64,000 nucleotides of DNA, from the NCBI RefSeq assembly GCF_006345805.1, contig NC_043010.1, positions 35,216,001 through 35,280,000 of the forward strand. Reading direction: 5' to 3'. This document shows positions 63,683-64,000 of this stretch, in pieces. The position numbers and the translations under genes were made by a program. The notes under the pieces were generated by a model, which was given only the letters and a program-made list of their open reading frames with translations, was not told where the DNA came from and did not search any database. The stretch comes from Octopus sinensis (Eukaryota). How positions within the stretch are numbered: position 1 is the stretch's first letter; every line of letters starts with the position of its first letter.

Positions 63683-64000
63683 TACATTATATTATATATA
63701 CATATACATACATAACATACACACACATATGCACTTACACATGCGCACACGCACTGACAGACAAACATACACTACACATCTTTTCCTTTTCTCTTAAATC
63801 AATGTAATGAAACCTGTGTGTGTGTGTGTGTATGTGTTATTATCATTCACTGAAACTTTATCACTGAATGAGCTACCACAACAGTCTGGGTTTTAGAAGG
63901 ATGGATGGTAGAGTAGAAGGTATGTTATCAAGACTGCTGACATGAATGAATGAATGAAATAATGAATGAATGAAATAGTAAAAAAAAAAAAAAAAGGAAG

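Overview
AT-rich, microsatellite- and repeat-dense animal genomic DNA. The SINE families and repeat landscape point to an octopus/coleoid cephalopod (inference, not proven). Two protein-coding genes lie on the minus strand. (1) The first three coding exons of HDDC3/MESH1 (5720-5609, 1896-1841, 717-636); the gene continues off the left edge. (2) A four-coding-exon gene (39284-39107, 30530-30346, 27839-27355, 24466-22078) that splices in frame with GT/AG sites to about 1078 aa: signal peptide, ~60-aa ectodomain with 4 Cys, one TM helix, and a ~970-aa low-complexity tail with Tyr motifs, a PPxY motif and a C-terminal ETVI. I cannot assign it to a family. Between the genes is a young Penelope-like element (RT + GIY-YIG, only two frameshifts), followed by an intact-core type I hammerhead ribozyme (17664-17752) and a perfect 57-bp-arm palindrome. 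Further degenerate hammerhead motifs occur elsewhere. Upstream of HDDC3 are a 1.6-kb TA-flanked composite fold-back element and a relic of a CRE-like restriction-endonuclease retrotransposon. The rest comprises relics of RTE, CR1, L1/Tx1 and R4 LINEs, a full-length dead mariner, several MITEs (TA- and TTAA-flanked), many tRNA-type SINEs, minisatellites and a 100-N gap. Repeat coordinates are approximate unless TSD/TIR positions are given. Family names come from recalled motifs; no search was run.
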